DNA of 43,054 nucleotides from a virus: IMG/VR virus record IMGVR_UViG_3300045988_145297; one strand, 5' to 3'. Shown piece by piece: positions 40,443 to 43,054 of this stretch (position 1 is its first letter; each line of letters starts with the position of its first letter). The notes under the pieces were generated by a model. It saw only the letters and a program-made list of their open reading frames with translations, ran no database searches and was not told where the DNA came from. The position numbers and the translations under genes were made by a program.

Positions 40443-40704
40443 TATTCACTTCCTGTTTATTTATTCATGTAAGTAAAAAGCATAGAAAAAGTGTTGCATA
40501 TTTTACCAAATAGGGTAAACTATAGGCGTACTAAACAAAGCAATTAAGCGAATCCCCATTCAATTAAATTGCATTTATTAGATACACGTTTTTTTCTATT
40601 GATTTAACTTACGCAATTATAATAACCTGATTCGGTAATTTATGCAATACATTTTTGGTAAAATTGGGTAAATTATTTTTGCCGTTTTTTTGGAGAACCC
40701 TGAT
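40443..40704. promoter_or_regulatory. Genetic switch region: divergent promoter candidates and GGTAA(A/T) operator half-sites
   Basis: Inverted identical 11-mers TTTGGTAAAAT (40654-40664 on +; complement of 40500-40510) look like extended -10 elements (TGgTAAAAT) facing cI and the lytic operon. The palindrome TTTACC-N6-GGTAAA is at 40502-40519. Further GGTAA(A/T) copies are at 40634, 40657 and 40667. TTGCAT/ATGCAA boxes are at 40494, 40569 and 40643. Confidence 0.55.
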
Positions 40705-41070
40705 ATGACAACATTTGAGCGGATAAAAAAATTATCTAAAAAACTCAATTTAAGTCTTCAAGATGTAGCAGAAAAGGCTGAAATTGGGATCAATACTATT
40801 TATAAATGGAAAAACTACGATCCTAAAGGAACAGACTTAGCAAAAGTTGCAAATATTCTTCATACAACCACAGACTATCTGCTAGGTCGCACTAATAATC
40901 CATCAATTCCAGATTCTTCTACCTTATCTGATAACACCCTTACCTGGTTAGATTTGGATATGCCGTATGGTGGATCTGTGCCAGATGAATTAAAGGATTA
41001 CTATAAAGCTATGGCCGAGCAATACATTAAGCAACATCCAGAAATACTAAAAAAACGAGATGATAAGTAA
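40705..41070 (+). CDS. cI-like repressor (XRE-family HTH, ImmR-type)
   Basis: The ATG at 40705 lies 7 nt after GGAGAA. Product MTTFERIKKLSKKLNLSLQDVAEKAEIGINTIYKWKN... It is followed by an ImmA-type protease gene with a TAATG overlap. Confidence 0.9.
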   Translation: MTTFERIKKLSKKLNLSLQDVAEKAEIGINTIYKWKNYDPKGTDLAKVANILHTTTDYLLGRTNNPSIPDSSTLSDNTLTWLDLDMPYGGSVPDELKDYYKAMAEQYIKQHPEILKKRDDK

Positions 41071-41465
41071 TGGATAATGTATTGGCATGGCTAAGTAATT
41101 ATGCAATGGATCATGGTATAGGAATTATTTTTGATAAGAAATTACCACCCGATGCTCCCTCAGATTCGTGGGAGTATCCTCCAATCGCAATTATTAATTC
41201 TAACTGGTATAACAAAAACGAATTACCATTCATAACAGCACATGAAATTTGTCACGTGTTATATGGATCCGCTGAATACTACCACTCAGCTCGTAGAGGT
41301 GTGGAATCTGGTGAGAGTGATGCAAACCTAGGAGCAATTAAATTACTTCTACAGTGTGCTCGAGAAACTGATATGCATTTTGCTACTTATTATCAGTTTG
41401 CCAATGCTTTCTGCATCCCTAAGAAGCATTATTACCTGATCGATGCATATTTAATTGCAAAATAA
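41070..41465 (+). CDS. ImmA/IrrE-family zinc metalloprotease
   Basis: 131 aa with HEICHVLYG (HExxH), immediately downstream of the repressor. Confidence 0.87.
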   Translation: MDNVLAWLSNYAMDHGIGIIFDKKLPPDAPSDSWEYPPIAIINSNWYNKNELPFITAHEICHVLYGSAEYYHSARRGVESGESDANLGAIKLLLQCARETDMHFATYYQFANAFCIPKKHYYLIDAYLIAK

Positions 41466-41497
41466 AAACCGCCCTCTTGGACGGAATGGAGAATATT

Positions 41498-41875
41498 ATG
41501 AAATTAGATCATGAATGTGTAAGAAGCATATTACTAACAATTGAAGAAAAACATCAATACGGTAAAGTTTTACGACTTGAAGAAATACTTCAATCAGATA
41601 GGCTTTTAGAGTTCAATGAAGATGAAATCAAATATGTTCTTATAAAATTAGCAGATGCTAAATATATTTCAGGCACTCCTACATATGGTAGTAATCAACT
41701 AGTTGATTTTGATTGTAGTGGGCTAACCTGGAATGGACATCAATTTTTAGACACTATCAGAGATCCAAAAGTTTGGAAAAGGACTAAGGAAATTGCTTCC
41801 AAATTAACAAGTGTTTCCATAACTATGCTCAGTTCCATTGGAAGTCAGGTGTTAGCCAAGCTTTTGGGAATTTAA
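41498..41875 (+). CDS. DUF2513-like protein
   Basis: The ATG at 41498 follows GGAGAA. The N-terminus MKLDHECVRSILLTIEE is typical of DUF2513. Confidence 0.72.
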   Translation: MKLDHECVRSILLTIEEKHQYGKVLRLEEILQSDRLLEFNEDEIKYVLIKLADAKYISGTPTYGSNQLVDFDCSGLTWNGHQFLDTIRDPKVWKRTKEIASKLTSVSITMLSSIGSQVLAKLLGI

Positions 41876-42047
41876 ATTCTTTTCCATCTATTAGAGCATA
41901 AACGTTCGTCGGTTTATGTCCTAAAATTCTCTTATAAAGCTTAAAATCTCTTTCGTCTGGTCCAATCATAGAAATATCATTACTCTTAGATGTTAGCAAA
42001 ATAATGTTCTGACCGTCTTCTTTTGTGAAATAAATAATATCTTTCAT
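41829..42047 (-). CDS. Small hypothetical protein, convergent with the DUF2513-like gene
   Basis: The ATG at 42047 lies 5 nt after GAGGTGA, with a TATAAT box about 20 nt upstream. It is 72 aa, and its 3' end overlaps the convergent gene by 47 nt. Confidence 0.55.
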   Translation of the reverse strand: MKDIIYFTKEDGQNIILLTSKSNDISMIGPDERDFKLYKRILGHKPTNVYALIDGKEFKFPKAWLTPDFQWN

Positions 42048-42080
42048 GCTGCTCACCTCATAGCAATTATACTATAAAAT

Positions 42081-42219
42081 AAAAAAAGCAGGCATCCCTT
42101 AAAGTAAAAGCTCTTAGGGCGCCCGCTCTCTTCATGTTATGTCACTCTCCTGAGTTTAGCACAGCAAGCTGTGCCCGTGTCACTCGGAGGTGACAAACAT
42201 GAATCAATTAACATTCACA
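42081..42219 (-). ncRNA. Predicted antisense RNA of cassette 2 (candidate type I antitoxin); ends approximate
   Basis: The minus-strand promoter TTGATT (42254-42249), N17, TAAGAT (42231-42226) lies inside the small ORF. The transcript is complementary to the start, SD and leader, and reaches a hairpin followed by TTTTTTT (complement of 42081-42087). Confidence 0.45.
42115..42198 (+). promoter_or_regulatory. Structured 5' leader of cassette 2: 5' clamp half and SD/start-sequestering stem with CACAGCAAGCTGTG cap
   Basis: The clamp half tagggcgcccgc is at 42115-42126. The stem ttcatgtt (42131-42138) pairs with aacatgaa (42196-42203, including the ATG). The stem 42141-42155 pairs with 42182-42194, burying GGAGG. 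The apical hairpin is at 42159-42174. Confidence 0.55.
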
Positions 42220-42261
42220 TTGATTATCTTACTTCTTTTGATTCATGAAATCAATAAATAA
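42199..42261 (+). CDS. 20-aa hydrophobic peptide MNQLTFTLIILLLLIHEINK, candidate type I toxin (paralogue of 24917..24979)
   Basis: GGAGGTGA lies 8 nt upstream of the ATG. It has the same length, the same IIL core codons (att atc tta) and the same leader architecture as cassette 1. Confidence 0.55.
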   Translation: MNQLTFTLIILLLLIHEINK

Positions 42262-42268
42262 TCTAACC

Positions 42269-42307
42269 GCGGGCGCCCTAGATGCGCGCTCGTGTCGACC
42301 GCGCATC
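42269..42307 (+). promoter_or_regulatory. 3' clamp half (gcgggcgcccta) and GC-rich 8-bp hairpin of cassette 2
   Basis: Segment 42269-42280 is the exact reverse complement of 42115-42126. The hairpin gatgcgcg-(11 nt)-cgcgcatc is at 42281-42307. No U-tract follows, so read-through into the lipoprotein gene is possible. Confidence 0.5.
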
Positions 42308-42370
42308 TGTAACCTGTCAATCGTCCACAATACCAGTGACGTTAAACCTAAGGTAATTGTGGAGGCAATT

Positions 42371-43039
42371 ATGAAAAGAAGATATATTATTGCAGCATCA
42401 GCATTAGCTTTAATTGGATTAGCTACAAGTGCATGTTCCAATCACAACAATGAACAAGCTAAAAAAACTGATAAATTAGAGAAAATGACTGATAAGGCAG
42501 ATAAAGAAGCTAAAGAGAAATCTAAAACAGGATCTTCAAATAAGTTTGTTGGCAACACTTTCAAAACTAAAAAAGGCTCAATAAAAATTGAGAAGTTAAC
42601 CAAAGTTACTCTTAAGAATGCTACTCCCGATGGTGACATACACTATATTATAATTGATTCTTCATTCACTAATAAGGCTAAAAAAGGTGTAACTCCTGAA
42701 GACTTCTTTATGGATAATTTAAAAGTTGAACAAAAGTTAGCTAAATCAACCCATGAAGTTGGTGGAGAGCGTTCTCAATTTGAAGATGATTTAACTCCAT
42801 GGAAAGACAAGATTAATGCTAAATTGAATAAGGTTGATCCTGATCAGACTGTTCAATTTGCTATGTCCTTCCAATTAGATAAAGATAATGGCGATAAAGA
42901 TATAGATACTTACCTACTTCAACCATGGAATTCTGATACTGTGGATAGCTATGGCAAACCATTAAATATTAAAGTATCAGCAACACAAACCATTACAGTT
43001 CCAAAAGATGATGATAGTAACACAGACGATGATTATTAA
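42371..43039 (+). CDS. Prophage-encoded lipoprotein (candidate superinfection-exclusion / lysogenic-conversion factor)
   Basis: The ATG at 42371 lies 7 nt after GGAGG. The signal peptide MKRRYIIAASALALIGLATSAC has a lipobox cysteine, followed by a K/E-rich linker and a beta-rich domain. The track ORF start at 42245 is an upstream artefact. The gene sits between the immunity module and int on the circular map. Confidence 0.87.
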   Translation: MKRRYIIAASALALIGLATSACSNHNNEQAKKTDKLEKMTDKADKEAKEKSKTGSSNKFVGNTFKTKKGSIKIEKLTKVTLKNATPDGDIHYIIIDSSFTNKAKKGVTPEDFFMDNLKVEQKLAKSTHEVGGERSQFEDDLTPWKDKINAKLNKVDPDQTVQFAMSFQLDKDNGDKDIDTYLLQPWNSDTVDSYGKPLNIKVSATQTITVPKDDDSNTDDDY

Positions 43040-43054
43040 ATAAAACAAAAAAAG
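42956..43054. repeat. Terminal direct repeat, copy 2 (identical to 1..99)
   Basis: 99/99 identity with the window start. It ends exactly at the last base of the window. Confidence 0.97.

Larger units (their letters stand above)
1..43054. mobile_element. Complete temperate siphovirus genome (Lactobacillus-phage type, HK97-like head, HNH plus P27-terS packaging), apparently circularly closed
   Basis: Full set of lysogeny, replication, packaging, head, tail and lysis modules with tight gene packing. Identical 99-nt ends lie exactly at the window edges, and joining them restores canonical int-proximal synteny. Confidence 0.85.

Noticed and set aside
40494-40648. An alternative switch model has face-to-face promoters: TTGCAT-N16-TAAACT on + at 40494-40521, and TTGCAT-N17-TATTAT on - at 40648-40620.
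   Set aside because: This remains possible but is less parsimonious than the symmetric TTTGGTAAAAT extended -10 pair next to each gene. It would give 180-nt overlapping leaders. It is kept only as an alternative to test by transcription start mapping.
42229-42441. The track ORFs 42245..43039 (N-terminal 42 codons) and 42229..42441 (- strand) cover the cassette-2 / lipoprotein upstream region.
   Set aside because: The extension has no SD and reads through the small ORF's 3' end and the GC hairpins. The lipoprotein has a proper GGAGG-N7-ATG and signal peptide at 42371. The minus-strand ORF is an antisense artefact of the same region.

Overview
The window is a complete, low-GC temperate siphovirus genome of the Lactobacillus-phage type. 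Family names come from motif recognition only, since no database search was possible. The first 99 nt (1..99) are identical to the last 99 nt (42956..43054), and the repeat is bounded exactly by the window edges. Joining the ends gives the canonical order lipoprotein - int - attP region - lysis, so I read this as a circularly closed element of about 42,955 unique bp, not an attL/attR-bounded prophage. The + strand carries the lysogeny module: cI-like repressor 40705..41070, ImmA-type metalloprotease, a DUF2513-like gene, a lipoprotein 42371..43039, then after wrap-around the integrase 221..1378. The - strand carries everything lytic, read from high to low coordinates. Early genes are a small first-gene ORF, a Rha-family regulator and HTH proteins. 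The replication module holds an AAA_24/Sak4-like ATPase, a DEAH helicase, a DUF669-like SSB, a prim-pol/SF3 helicase and an iteron origin at 31288..31537. After a block of small unknown ORFs come VRR-NUC, an ArpU-type late regulator, HNH, a P27-type terS, terL, an HK97-type portal, ClpP-like protease and capsid, connector genes, major tail protein, chaperone pair, a 1727-aa tape measure, Dit, Tal, a BppU-type receptor-binding protein, an XkdX-like gene, membrane proteins, an LL-H-type holin and a GH25+SH3b endolysin. The most interesting signal is two paralogous GC-rich structured cassettes on the + strand (about 24786..25053 and 42081..42307) in moron positions. Each encodes a 20-aa very hydrophobic peptide whose SD and start codon sit in a long stem capped by an identical CACAGCAAGCTGTG hairpin. 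Each has a perfect 12-bp 5'-3' clamp whose sequence differs between copies but stays complementary, which is covariation. Each also has an antisense promoter (TTGATT-N17-TAAGAT) at exactly the same codon offsets inside the ORF. Together these are hallmarks of type I toxin-antitoxin loci, and I cannot assign them to a named family. Other points worth a second look are listed as separate findings: a roughly 0.9-kb insertion splitting terS from terL, a small lipoprotein gene with an in-frame TAA, a tape-measure C-terminus continuing in the -1 frame, and a +1-frame tail-chaperone overlap. The findings also cover a late-operon leader holding a tRNA 3'-half-like fragment and an intrinsic terminator directly before the first late gene, and an opposite-strand YozE-like moron.
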